Shown one piece after another: positions 25,470 through 38,130 of a stretch of DNA of 64,000 bases. Where the stretch lies: assembly GCF_001194135.2 (NCBI RefSeq), contig NC_068987.1, forward strand, positions 19,762,698 through 19,826,697, written 5' to 3'. Numbering within the stretch: the stretch's first letter is position 1; each line of letters begins with the position of its first letter. A program made the translations under genes and the position numbers. Under the pieces are notes generated by a model, which was given only the letters and a program-made list of their open reading frames with translations, was not told the DNA's origin and searched no databases. The stretch comes from Octopus bimaculoides (Eukaryota).

Positions 25470-25685
25470 CATTCGCATTTAAACCAGCCATATCCAGTCC
25501 AAATATTCTATGTCTTACATTCAAACCAGCCAGATTTGACCTCTCACACCTACCCTACAATATTCTAAAACTGCAACAGTTACATAACTGAACTCTCAAA
25601 GCTATGTGATAATGTATGATTAATTAAAAACAATGTGAATAAATAAGCTTTGCGTTTGACAAAAATCTGAATGCTAAAGGGTTAA
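25470..25685. mobile_element. piggyBac-type MITE family (other copies at ~28274-28465 and ~35316-35530)
   Basis: Shared internal blocks (AAACTGGCCAGAT, AATAAATAAGCATT) and GAATGCTAAAGGG-TTAA ends. Confidence 0.65.
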
Positions 25686-26607
25686 AATGAAAGTAGACAG
25701 AAATTGTCCAACTGAATGTATACAGTTCTTGAGAAAACCAATGTTTGGTAGAAAGCTTGCACTGTTTCAGCTGCAAAACCTTTCAATATCATTCACATTA
25801 CTAGAATCCATTCAGACAGACATGAGCACAAATTTTGCAAAGAAAAAAAAATTTCATTTGACTTACAAAGTAAGCCAAAATAGGTCATATTCTTTAGTAT
25901 ATGGATTTATAAGCTGCTTTTTCATTGGTTGATATAACAAAAGATTCCCCCAAGGTGCACAGATTTGACTTTGGGGAACTGATGTTAATCAAATCTAGTC
26001 AGATTCTGCAAGCAGTATAAATTTTAGAGAATATTTTACAATTAAAAAGAAAAAAAAAATTTTATAAATTTAATTTTATAAAATTTCTTTTAATAAAATA
26101 AAATGATTTCTTTTATTAAATTAAAAAAAATATTTATAAAATAAATAAAATCTATTAAATTATATAACACATAAACATTGCTGTAGGCCAGATCCAACAT
26201 GCAAGTCTCTGAGTAGTCACTCAGACCTGCTTAAAATAGCAGCCAAATCCCCCTACCATCTTATAAAAGAGGAAATTACATAATCAAGTTGCACATATCC
26301 CTAAAAATATTGTAAGTCTGGTGGAACAAAGCTGAACTGAAATCAATCAACAGAATTCTTACAGCTATTAATTAAATAGGTGAAGATTCCTCATGATTTA
26401 TTGGACGAAGTTAAATGCTTGCTATGTTGATGAGTTGGGCACAACTATTAACAGTGAAGCATTTCCAAATGCAAACTAAAATGATTTGTTGGACTCAGAT
26501 ACACCAAGAAGTCAATGATATAGATACAGCAGCTGTCACCATGAAAATCCTATTAATTGCAATATTAGTGACATCATACACAGATGTGAATATAATTTTA
26601 AAGGCAT

Positions 26608-27050
26608 GGCAGCATGGTTAACAAGCTTGCTTCCCAACCATGTGGTTTTGGGTTCAGTCCCACAGGGCATCATCTTGGGCAAGTGTTTTTTTTTTCATAA
26701 TAGCCCTTGGCCAAGCAAAGCTTTGTGAATGGATTTGATAGATGGAAATTGAAAGAAACCCATTATTTATTTACATGTATATCTACATCTTCATATATGT
26801 ATGTATGAAGATATGTGTAGCCTTGCCTTAACATCACATAATGGTCATAAACAAGCAGCACCATTATAGAAGTGGTGTTGTTGGTTTCCAATTTTCTATG
26901 AACATGTCTGGCTAAAGAGAAATATTACCTTACATGGAAACAGATGAGGGTTGGCAGCAAGAAGGCCATTGGGCTGTAAAAAATCTGCCTCAAATTCTGC
27001 CCAACCCATGTGAAAATACAAAGTGGATGTTACAGTAATGATGGTGATTT
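26608..27050 (+). mobile_element. Family A-headed SINE variant with an RTE-type tail (related copies at ~39930-40410 and ~46610-46990)
   Basis: CORE-like head followed by GAGGGTTGGCAGCAAGAAGGCCAT..AACCCATG tail. Confidence 0.55.
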
Positions 27051-27230
27051 GCCTACATCAAGCCATCATGCCCATGTTAACATTTAATTCTGTAAAATAA
27101 TTTTTGTTACTGGTTTCTGGTTCAGTCCAGTGCTATAGCACTGCTTTCTCAGTTGTAGTTGAATATATTCACCCCAGTACTTACTGTACCAATTTCAAAA
27201 GGATGAAAGAAAGTCTACATTAAATTTTAA

Positions 27231-27276
<46 letters not shown>

Positions 27277-27807
27277 CAAACTGAAAGGGCACAAAATGAA
27301 AAACAAACCAATAAAAATAATTTTTCAATTTGGCCATCATCAAGTTTTAAAGGTGGCAAGTAGAATTACACATCCTACCACAGATACAAAAGGGAAGAAG
27401 TAGGAAAGAGTTGGATATCCTATCATACCCACCCAATCATCCTTTCTGCTTTATGCAGGTCTGAAACAGACGTTTAGGAGCAGAGATAGTGATAGGAGAA
27501 GGGAGATATGGAATATCAGGATATTTATGATATTTCACAAATGAATCAGCAGTAGTAAAATGGTTTTAACAGAAACCAAGACCAATTCCAGCACTTGATT
27601 CAAGACCATAATTTATAACACCTGCAAAATAAAAATTTCTTGAGATTAGCCATAGCAAGACTAAATTTCTGTAGAAGTGGTGGGCATATTTAAATTAAAT
27701 TAATTCCAATATATTGAATGGTACAAAAGCCTGGACTCCAGGCAGTTCATAATGGGAAGAAGGTTTAATATGGAATAAAACTTAATCACCAGTGATTGAA
27801 TTATATA

Positions 27808-28170
27808 GGCACAGGTATGGCTTTATGTTTAAGAAGTTTGCATCACAACCATGTAGTAGTTTGGGGCTCAGTCCTATTGTGAAACACAAGGGGCAAGTGC
27901 CTTGTCCTATGACACCAAACTAACCAGTGACTTGAGAGTAAATCTGATAGGCAAAAAGTGTCTGGAAGCCCATCGTGTGTGTGTGTGTGTGTGTGTGTGT
28001 GCACGCATACAGGACTGTTTGTTGTTACTTCCTCCACGTAGTTTGACTTAGTGATTTGGCAACAAAGAGACTGATCGAGTAAATACTAAACTCAAAAAAA
28101 GTACTGGGTTTGATTTGGTAAACTAAACTTTTCAGAGCGATGCTTCAGCATGGTCAGGAGTGAAGGATAG
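27808..28170 (+). mobile_element. Diverged SINE family A copy
   Basis: Recognisable head, (TG)n and tail blocks. Confidence 0.55.
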
Positions 28171-29256
28171 AAAGAAGCAAAAGGCTAAAAGCAAGAATGG
28201 TTAAGTTATATTTAAATCAATGTGTCACCTCAGTATCCTCAATATGTGTTCAAACTGATGCTCATCTACATTTAATCCTTTAGCTTTTAAACCGACCATA
28301 TCTCCAGCCCAACGTTTTCTACCTATTTTATATTTAAACTGGCCAGATTTATAAGAATAAGCAATCACATCATTGAAATCTTAATGCTACATAATACATG
28401 ATAAATTCAAAGCAATGCAATAAATAAGCATTACATTTAACAGTAAGCTGAACACTAAGGGGTCAAACACACTTATCCTCCATACACACATGACCTAAGT
28501 GTCCAAAACTTCTGCACCATCCTGTATCAAATGTAATCATTGTAATGAACTTTCTGAAAGAAATACAAACACACAAAGAACAAAATGAAAACGTTATGGC
28601 ATTACATGGCCACAAAATTTAAGAAAGGTCTAGTGTACAGCTGAGTTAACTGTCCCTAAGATTTTTTTTGATTGGTACTTACTTGAGAGGTGAAGGCAAA
28701 CACCGAAAGTGATAGTATTTGAAAAAACACAGAGGAAGAACGATGAAAGTGAATGCTGTTAGCTACCAACTTTTCTACTACTCCACCACCTAGTAATAAA
28801 ATAACAACGCAAACCCAATCGATCTTTTATAATTTGTGTCATCTCGATATAATGCTTGTCAAAATTGATTTTCTATTATTTTTTTTTTTTGCTTTATGTA
28901 TTTTTATTTTTGCTCCAGTTCATCATTGAATGCGGTGTCAAATAGTGTTTATTTAATATTCATCAGAAGAAAAGCTGGGTGTAGAAGAAGCTAAAAGACA
29001 GCTGGAGTGAGCCAGGAAGAAGAAGAAACCTCCTCACACTGTCTGTCTGCTGTAGTGACATCTCACAGCTTCCAGGATCAAATGAAATGGGTGGAGAAGA
29101 TATGATTATTCAACTAGTCACCGATAGTTGCTCCAGTTTCAATATGAAAATTTAATTTTCATTCTGACAAGTGATTCTCAGTCTGTTGAACATCCAGCCA
29201 ACAACAATAACAGTGAAAAAGCAACAATAACTATAGCTACAAGGGAACCTCTATGC

Positions 29257-29715
29257 CAGGGGTTTTCAAACTGTGGTCCCCGGACAAAACAGGGGGTCCA
29301 TGGACAGCAAATACTTTTTATGGGCAATTTGATTTTATATATGTTTTTTAATCGAAATCTTTTAATTGACAATAAACCTATTTGTTAAATACTGTTAAAT
29401 AAATAAATGTAAAAATATGTTATTTTAAGCAAATATTTATGCATAAANNNNNNNNNNTGGTCCCCGGACAAAACAGGGGGTCCATGGACAGCAAATACTT
29501 TTTATGGGCAATTTGATTTTATATATGTTTTTTAATCGAAATCTTTTAATTGACAATAAACCTATTTGTTAAATACTGTTAAATAAATAAATGTAAAAAT
29601 ATGTTATTTTAAGCAAATATTTATGCATAAATTTCATAAGCGCTTATAAGGGGATCCCTAAGGTAAAGCCTGAAATATAAAGGGGTCCGCAAGTCAAAAA
29701 GTTTGAAAACCCCTG
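29257..29715. mobile_element. hAT MITE with perfect 16-bp TIRs and 8-bp TSD (true length about 275 bp; the internal 174-bp duplication is likely an assembly artefact)
   Basis: CAGGGGTTTTCAAACT / AGTTTGAAAACCCCTG. TSD CTCTATGC at 29249-29256 and 29716-29723. Confidence 0.9.
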
Positions 29716-30278
29716 CTCTATGCAGTTGCTAGCCTTCAAGAAATAGCAGCCAAATCATACGCTACCATCTTGAAAAAACAAAAACAAAAAAAAGTTAACA
29801 TTGAACAATATAATCATTATCATTTTAACATCTGCTTTTCTAGATTTACATGGACCAGACAAGAATATAATGAAGTAGAGTTTTCTATGGCCAGATGCTC
29901 TTCCTCCTGCCAACCTCCACCAGCATCCAAGTGAAGTAACAATCTGCCAGTCTATCGAATGACAGACATTTCAGACATGGTTATGTGGAAAACTGGAAAC
30001 AATTTACACCAGCTGAATGAGACTTTTGTTTACAAAAGGTCAAGCAGTGTATCAAGGTAGGTCAAGAAATTAGGATATGCTTTTGCTGTGGATTGCAAGC
30101 AAACAACACTGCCTACATGATGTGAGACTGTGTTTACTACTAATGAAGACATGAAAAAATGAGGGGAAATACAAAAATCACTCAAATGAATGCAGTCATA
30201 ATACATACGACTGAAGAAGCTTGACATAATCCTCTGACCCATCAGATCCTGTCAAACCACCCAACCCATACCAGAATG

Positions 30279-30499
30279 GTTGTTGTTGTTGGCACTCCGT
30301 CGCTTACGACGACGAGGGTTCCAGTTGATCCGATCAACGGAACAGCCTGCTCGTGAAATTAACGTGCAAGTGGCTGAGCACTCCACAGACGCGCGTACCC
30401 TTAACGTAGTTCTCGGGGATATTCAGCGAGACACAGTGTGACAAGGCTGGCCCCTTTGAATTACAGGCAAAACAGAAACAGGAAGTAAGAGTGAGAGAA
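30279..30499 (-). mobile_element. SINE family C, 3' half, cut by a gap
   Basis: Near-identical to 20750-20970. Confidence 0.85.
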
Positions 30500-31023
30500 N
30501 NNNNNNNNNNNNNNNNNNNNNNNNNNNNNNNNNNNNNNNNNNNNNNNNNNNNNNNNNNNNNNNNNNNNNNNNNNNNNNNNNNNNNNNNNNNNNNNNNNNN
30601 NNNNNNNNNNNNNNNNNNNNNNNNNNNNNNNNNNNNNNNNNNNNNNNNNNNNNNNNNNNNNNNNNNNNNNNNNNNNNNNNNNNNNNNNNNNNNNNNNNNN
30701 NNNNNNNNNNNNNNNNNNNNNNNNNNNNNNNNNNNNNNNNNNNNNNNNNNNNNNNNNNNNNNNNNNNNNNNNNNNNNNNNNNNNNNNNNNNNNNNNNNNN
30801 NNNNNNNNNNNNNNNNNNNNNNNNNNNNNNNNNNNNNNNNNNNNNNNNNNNNNNNNNNNNNNNNNNNNNNNNNNNNNNNNNNNNNNNNNNNNNNNNNNNN
30901 NNNNNNNNNNNNNNNNNNNNNNNNNNNNNNNNNNNNNNNNNNNNNNNNNNNNNNNNNNNNNNNNNNNNNNNNNNNNNNNNNNNNNNNNNNNNNNNNNNNN
31001 NNNNNNNNNNNNNNNNNNNNNNN

Positions 31024-31302
31024 ACTTATCTTATTGGTCTCTCTTGCCAAACCACTAGATAATGGGGACATAAACACACTAGCACCAATTGTCAAGTGTT
31101 TAATGCGGGAGGGGAGCAAACAGACACATACACACACACACACACACCTGGTGGGCTTCTTTCAGTTTCCATCTACCAAATCCACTTGCAAGGCTTTGGT
31201 CGGCCTGAGACTATAGTAGAAGACACTTTCCCAAGGTGCCGCACAGTAGGACTGAACCCTGAACCATGTGGCTGGTAAGCAAGTTTCTTACCACACAGCC
31301 AG
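31024..31302 (-). mobile_element. SINE family A
   Basis: Shared blocks. Confidence 0.8.
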
Positions 31303-31639
31303 ATACATACAGTGACCATCTTTCAGTTTGTGTTAACCCAAATTCACTTACGCAAAAAGACAATTGTCATGACTGCAATATCTGAACCACAGCTCTACTC
31401 AATTTAGGCAGACATGGGGCTTCACAACAACAGCTAAAGCTTGTGTGTAATGGCTAAGCTTTGCATGCCTTCATTATATATAACAAGCGAAGACGGAGTT
31501 GCTGGTATCACATTTATTCCACGGTTAACAGTTGATTCAACAACATATGGGCAAAAATATCATTTCCCAAGTTGGTAAACATGGTATTCACAGGAGTGCT
31601 GGCAAAGGTAACTTTGTGGATTTTTGGACCATCTTTCAT

Positions 31640-32270
31640 TTTCTATATCATCTTCATCATTTAATGTCCATTTTTCATGCTGGCATAGACTAGACCAGTG
31701 GTTCCCAAAGTGGGTGGTATACCCACCACCTGGGGGCAGTGGAAAGTCCCAAGGGGCAGTGAAGAAAAGTGGGGCGATAAAGGGGTAGTGATTCATGTAA
31801 AAAGCAAAATAATGGGTTCATTAGGTTAAGTTTTATTTGTGAAATACAGTTGCTTTGAATTTGCTTCAGAAAGAGGTCTATGCTTGTGATGGTTAGTTGG
31901 GATGGGGGCGCAAGGAATATAGTCTAGGTGTCAAGGGGGCAGCAACCCAAAGAAATTTGGGATTCACTGGACTAGACAGTTTGACAGGAGCTGGTAAGCC
32001 AGAGGGCTGCACCAGGCTCCAGTCATCCATTTTGGCTTGGTTTCTATGGCTTGATGCCCTTCCTAATGCCAACCATTTTACAGAGTGTACTGGGTGTCAC
32101 CAGCATGGACTATGACCACGATTTCACTTAGCTTGACGTGTCTTCTCAAGCACAGCAAATTGCCAGAAGTCTTGGTTGCTTGTCATTGCCTCTGTTAGGC
32201 TCAACAACCACAGAATATTTCACCACCTCATCCTACATCTTCCTAGGTCTATCTTTTCCACAGGTTCCCT
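31640..32270 (-). mobile_element. 5'-truncated RTE-type LINE 3' end, interrupted by a hAT MITE
   Basis: Translation VEGTCGKDRPRK*DEVV / LSLTEAMTSNQDFWQFAVLEKTRQAK*, then the GGTTGGCATTAGGAAGGGCATC motif and (TGA)n tail. Confidence 0.75.
31696..31969. mobile_element. hAT(Charlie)-type MITE with 8-bp TSD
   Basis: CAGTGGTTCCCAAA / TTTGGGATTCACTG. TSD GACTAGAC at 31688-31695 and 31970-31977. Confidence 0.85.
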
Positions 32271-32859
32271 CCACAATAAGACACCAGCAGTTCTTTATGC
32301 AGCTGCTCTATATATTAGGGTAACGGTTGGCAGAATTGATAGGGCACTGAATAAGATGCTTTGTGGTGGTTGCTTACATATCCTATATCCTACCGAGATC
32401 AATTTTTCCCCGTCTTCCCTACCAGGAGAGACAAAATAATAATGGCCGTCTCTCTCACTCTCTCTCCCTCATGAACACACACAACACAGATTATCAGTAT
32501 GTGCAGCAGAACCATAAGATGCAAAGATGCATCAAGCAAAAAGTCATGACACTAACATTTCTGCAAGGATAGTCAGTAATAATTACCACGACCACTATCG
32601 TTACTACCACCACCACCACCACCACCACAATAACAACCACCACCACTACCATAACCTCCGCCTCCACAACAACTGCAGCTGTCGCCTTTGCCTGCACCCT
32701 GTAATAAATGTAATGTACTGCATTTCATTCTTATTGCTGCACAGAGAGCAGAAACTGTTGTTAACGGCAACCATCAATGAATGGCCTCATCAGCAGCAGC
32801 TTCAACATAAATAACAATGCTTTCTGTTTAAGGAAAAAGGCTAACAACATTAAAATGGT

Positions 32860-33945
32860 AGAATTAATCAAAACTATTAACCCCAGTACTAGTACTTCAT
32901 TTTATTAACACTGGAAGGACGAAAGGCTTGACTTAGGCAGGATTTGAACACACAATGTAAACAAACAAATACTGCAAGGTATTACTTCTGTTACTCTAAT
33001 GATTCAGCCAGCTTACAGCTTTAATAATAATAAAAATGGTTTCAGAATTTCGCACAAGGAGAGCAGTTTTAGAGGAGAGATAAGCTGGTTACATCAAACC
33101 CCAGTGCTCGACTCGTGCTTATCTTAATGATCCTGAAATGATGAAAGGTAAAGACAGTATTGGTGGAATTTGAACTCAGGACATAAAAAACAGACAAAAT
33201 GCTGCTAAGTATTTTGTCCAGTATGCTAACAATTCTGCCAGCTCACATCCTTAATAATAATAATAATGATTTCGAAATTTGACTTAAGGCCAGCAATTTT
33301 CAAGGGAATGGGTAAGTCATATACATTGTACCAGTGTTCAACTGGTACTTATTTTATCATTCCCAACAGATGAAAGGCAAAGTCAACCTTGGTAGAATTT
33401 GAACTAAGAATGTGAAAAAAAAAGAGGAAATGCTACTAAGCATATTGCTTGGTGTACTAATGATTCTGCCAGCTTGCAGATTAAATAACCCTTTCTACTG
33501 GAAGCACAAGGCCTCAAATTTGGGAAATTGGAGGAAGGGATTAAGTAGATTACATCGACCCCAGTACCTAACAGGTACTTATTTAATTAACCCCATAAGG
33601 ATGAAAGGCAAAGTCGACCTCAGCGGTATTTGAACTCAGAACATAGCAGCAGACAAAATACCGCCAAGCATTTCGTCCCACGTGTTAATGGTTCTGCCAG
33701 CCCAACGCCTTTGCTTGCAGCTTAAATAATAATAGTTTTTGAAATTTGGCAGAAGGTCAGCAATTTTCGAGGGAGTCGGTAAGTTGATCACATCATGCCA
33801 GTGGTCCACTTGTGCTTATTTTACAGACCCTGAATGGATGAAATGCAAAGCCGACCTCAACAGCATTTGAACTCAAAATGTAAAAAGTTGGAAGAAATGC
33901 CACTAAGCACTTTGCCTGATGTGTTAATTCTGCCAGCTCACTGCT
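32860..33945 (-). mobile_element. Head-to-tail array of about 5 diverged family B SINEs
   Basis: Repeated GATGAAAGGCAAAGTC..GAACTCAG..CTGCCAGC units separated by (AAT)n. Confidence 0.8.
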
Positions 33946-34766
33946 TTTGCTTTCATAATAATCATGATGATCTTTATATAATAACAGCCACTGGTTGGTT
34001 GGTTGATTCATCCAGCCAAGCTTAACACCATATATAGAAATGAGGGACAGAATGACAGATAGAGACAGAGATGTGGGATGATAGCACATACTAGGATAGG
34101 TGACAGTCAATGAGTAAATGAACAGTCACACACACACACACAGTGAAAGAGATAAACTCAGAGACACACAGAGAAGATCTCAGAACATATAGACAATAAG
34201 TGAAGCTATGAGGCATTTTGTCTGATACTCTAACAATTCTGCCAATCCATGACCCAAATATTTTCTAGTAATAGGTACAGGGCCACAGATCTGAGGGGAG
34301 GGGTTTGTAAAAATAATTGTTTTATTTGTCATATGTATGTACGTTTATACAAACACACACATTATTTACACACACTAATATTTGTCAGTATTCTAGTCAG
34401 GAAACAGATCATTGAATTTCAGAACAATTTTTAAGAAATTTGGCCAAAACTGAAGCAGTAATCACATTTGAAAACATGCCCTAGTTGCTAGAATATTTTT
34501 GAATAGGCAAATTTTTCAAAAAATTCACAGTGGTGTAGAGTACTACTTCAAAAAGAGATATGGAGCACAGAGAGAGAGATAGAGAATTCAAGGTCAATCT
34601 ATGCCAAGTGATTTCACAGGGTACTTTAGCTCCATTACTATAGCAACAGTTGATACACTTTGATCAGACATCATATATAGGAAACAGTGAATAAAACATT
34701 CACTGGTATTGCAGAAGCTTGTTGGGCTGTAAAAAAAAAACTGTGTATGCAAATGAAACAGCATTA

Positions 34767-35101
34767 CTCTTTTACTTGTTTCAGTCATTTGACTGTGGCC
34801 ATGCTGGAGCACCACCTGTAGTCGAGCAAAACAACCCCAGGACTTATTCTTTGGAAGCCTAGTACTTATTCTATCAGTCTTTTTTGCCAAACTGCTAAGT
34901 TATGGGGACATAAACACACCAGCATCGGTTGTCAAGCGATGTTGGGGGGACAAACACAGACACAAACACACACACATATATATATACATATATATATACA
35001 TATATATACATATATATATACATATATATATACACACATATATACATATATATATACACACATATATATATACATATATATATACATATATATATATATA
35101 C

Positions 35102-35149
<48 letters not shown>

Positions 35150-35310
35150 GACAGGCTTCTTTCAGTTTCCATCTACCAAATCCACGCACAAGGCTTTGGT
35201 CGGCCCGAGGCTATAGTAGAAGACACTTGCCCAAGGTGCCAAGCAGTGGGACTGAACCCGGAACCATGTGGTTTGTAATCAAGCTATTTACCACACAGCC
35301 ACTCCTATGC
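34767..35310 (-). mobile_element. SINE family A with expanded (TA) tract
   Basis: Shared blocks. Confidence 0.85.
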
Positions 35311-36126
35311 ATATGTTAACTCTCTTGTATTTAAACTGACCATATCTGACCCAAATACTCTCCCTAATTTATGTTCAAACTGTCTGGATCCGGCCTCTTA
35401 CAATGTCATTCTAAAAATAAACAATTGCATCATCAGAATCTTGAAACTGAGATAATGCATGATTAATTCAAAATAATGTAAACAAATAAGCATTAAATTT
35501 GATGGAGTAATCTGAATGCTATAGGGTTAAAGTATCTACATTATCTATTCATTAGTTGCAGGTAGGAGCAACAAGCCAACGATTACCAAAGTGTCCCTAA
35601 ACCAGAATTGACAGGATTAATTAGGTGAGGTGAGGGATATGAATTTTCAAATATTCTATTTGAATTATTGCTTATTGGGGTAATCGAATTGACAGATACT
35701 CATATATCAATATTTATAAACTCCCTACCACCACCAACAGCATTCCATTTCACAATAGCTGTCTTTTGATCTGTAAGTTTTTTTCCCAATTTATCAAAGA
35801 ACATATGTTACCAGCAATGTCACACACACACACACACACACAAAATAAATAAATAAAAACCCATTGCCTTTCACCATCAGTTTCACATCTGTGTCTCTGT
35901 AGGCGAACTGAAGATAAACTACAACATATACATAGATGGATAAATAACATCTGATTCCATGACCACGTAAAGTACAAAGATTGTTAAAAATCATTAACAT
36001 AACATCTGAATTAACATCTGTCTTTTCATGTTGTCATGGCTTGGTCAGGCTTGCATGATTGTATACATTTAACAAGACATTATTAAAATCTAACATGTCT
36101 GAGCCAACAAGAGCGGCCCTCTACAC

Positions 36127-36988
36127 CAGTGTTTTCCAACCATTTTTTTACCTATGAACTCTTGATTCCTATTTTATTCAGATGAACCCTCATTGCCATT
36201 TGATATTTAAAAAATTGCTATTATATTTTTATGTGGAGGCGCAATGGCCCAGTGGTTAGGGCAGTGGACTCGCGGTCACAGGATCGCGGTTTCGATTCCC
36301 AGACCGGACGATGTGAGTGTTTATTGAGTGAAAACACCTAAAACTCCACGAGGCTCCGGCAGGGGATGGTGGCAAACCCTGCTGTACTCCTCCACCACAA
36401 CTTTCTCTCACTCTTACTTCCTGTTTCTGTTGTGCCTGTAATTCAAAGGGTCAGCCTTGTCACACTGTGTCACATTGAATATCCCCGAGAACTACGTTAA
36501 GGGTACATGTGTCTGTGGAGTGCTCAGCCACTTGCACATTAATTTCACGAGCAGGCTGTTCCATTGATCGGATCAACTGGAACCCTCGACGTCGTAAGTG
36601 ACGGAGTGCCAACAACAACAGTATATCTAGGAGTACATTATTTAACGTAGCCTTTCTTTTTAAAATTTGAAGGATATTCAGCTGCTATTTCTACTAAGTT
36701 GTCTGCTCAACACATTTCAACTCATTGATTCAAGTACTCATTTATTTATTGTTGTTTTTTAACTTTCTATAAACCTCCTTCCATTTGCGACCTTTCCAAT
36801 GCCTTATTTCAGCTGTGACTTGTCCACCTATTTATTTAATCATAGTGTAAATTTATTAGAAACTGAATTAAAAAATTGTTAAAATATTTTGTGTATTGTA
36901 GAAGTGTAACCGATTCATTGAAGGATAAATTTTAACAAGGGCCATATGGACTCCCAACGGCCGTATGGATCCTGGTTGAGAGCTACTG
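36127..36988. mobile_element. hAT MITE hosting a nested SINE plus transduced flank (a 5' fragment of a related MITE lies at 61183)
   Basis: CAGTGTTTTCCAACC ... GGTTGAGAGCTACTG. TSD CTCTACAC (36119-36126) / TTCTACAC (36989-36996). Confidence 0.75.
36234..36619 (+). mobile_element. Full-length SINE family C followed by 230 bp matching the 3' flank of the 20750 copy
   Basis: 36620-36849 is the reverse complement of 20520-20749, with about 5% mismatch by eye. Confidence 0.9.
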
Positions 36989-37139
36989 TTCTACACAAAT
37001 AGCTAATATATTACTGGTAATCATTTTATTGACTTTGAAATGATGAAAAAGGTAAAGTTGAACCCGGCATGATTTAAATTCTGGTGGTGAATGAATGTAC
37101 GTGTAAAAAGTATTGGTATGAGTGTGGTTGCAATGTAAA

Positions 37140-37330
37140 AAGCACTGGTGATGGTGCCACATAAAAAGCACCCAGTACACACTATAAAGTGGTTGGCGTT
37201 AGGAAGGGCATCTAACTGTAGAAACCAAGCCAAATAGACTATGGAACCAGGTGTGGCTCCTGACTTTGCCAGTTCTTGTCAAGCCATCCAAACCAGCATG
37301 GAAAATAGATTAAAGGATGATGATTGATGA
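37140..37330 (+). mobile_element. RTE-type 3' tail fragment (similar fragments at ~24780-25030(-), 29820-29930(-) and 63290-63540(+))
   Basis: TAAAAAGCACCCAGTACAC..GGTTGGCGTTAGGAAGGGCATC..ATGATGA. Confidence 0.7.
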
Positions 37331-37904
37331 TGTTCAGTACTAGAATTCTAATTCTACCATCCACCTCTCTTGTAATAATGAAACCAATGTAATTAACTAT
37401 AGTTGTATTCATAAAAACGAGGACGTGCACCTCAAATTACAGGAAATTGTGCAGTTGTTGCTTATCTCTTGGTCATTTCCAGTTAAAGGCATTCCAACTG
37501 ACATTTTGCCTTTTTAGGGATATCTTGGACAAGATGTTTTTTTCTTTTTTTAAACTTGGCTGGTGTTTCTAGCGGGGAGAGTGAAGGTATGGAGAATCCC
37601 TCACTGCCTTTATCATTATGATGGCAGATAAAATGGTGGTTGGGCAGAATCACTAGCATGTTGGACAAAATGCTTGAGGCATTCCTTTTGGTCCTTTACT
37701 TTCTCAGTCAAAATCCTACCAACATCTTGTAATAATTAACAGGACTTGATTTCAGAACATATAGACTATAAGTGAAGCTGTGAGGCATTTTGTCTGATGC
37801 CCTAACAATTCTGCCAATCCATGACCCAAATATTTTCTAGTAATAGGTACAGGGCCACAGATCTGAGGGGAGGGGCTTGTAAAAATAATTGTTTTATTTG
37901 TCAT

Positions 37905-38130
37905 AAAAGCAAATGAAAAGAAATTTTGGCATAAGGCCAGCAGGTTTGAGGAAGAAGCTAAGCCGATTAAATTGGCCCCAGTTTGCAACTGGTACTTAAT
38001 TTATCGACCCCGAAAGGATGAAAGGTAAAGTTGGCCCCAGTGGAATTTGAACTCAGGGTGTAAAGATGGATGAAATGCCGTTAAGCATTTCACCTGGCAT
38101 GCTAATGACTCTGCCAGCTCACTACCGCCT
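37905..38130 (-). mobile_element. SINE family B
   Basis: Shared blocks. Confidence 0.75.

Noticed and set aside
29274-29631. Exact 174-bp tandem duplication
   Set aside because: It flanks a 10-N gap, typical of an unmerged contig overlap. The same applies to the repeat around 45188-45197.
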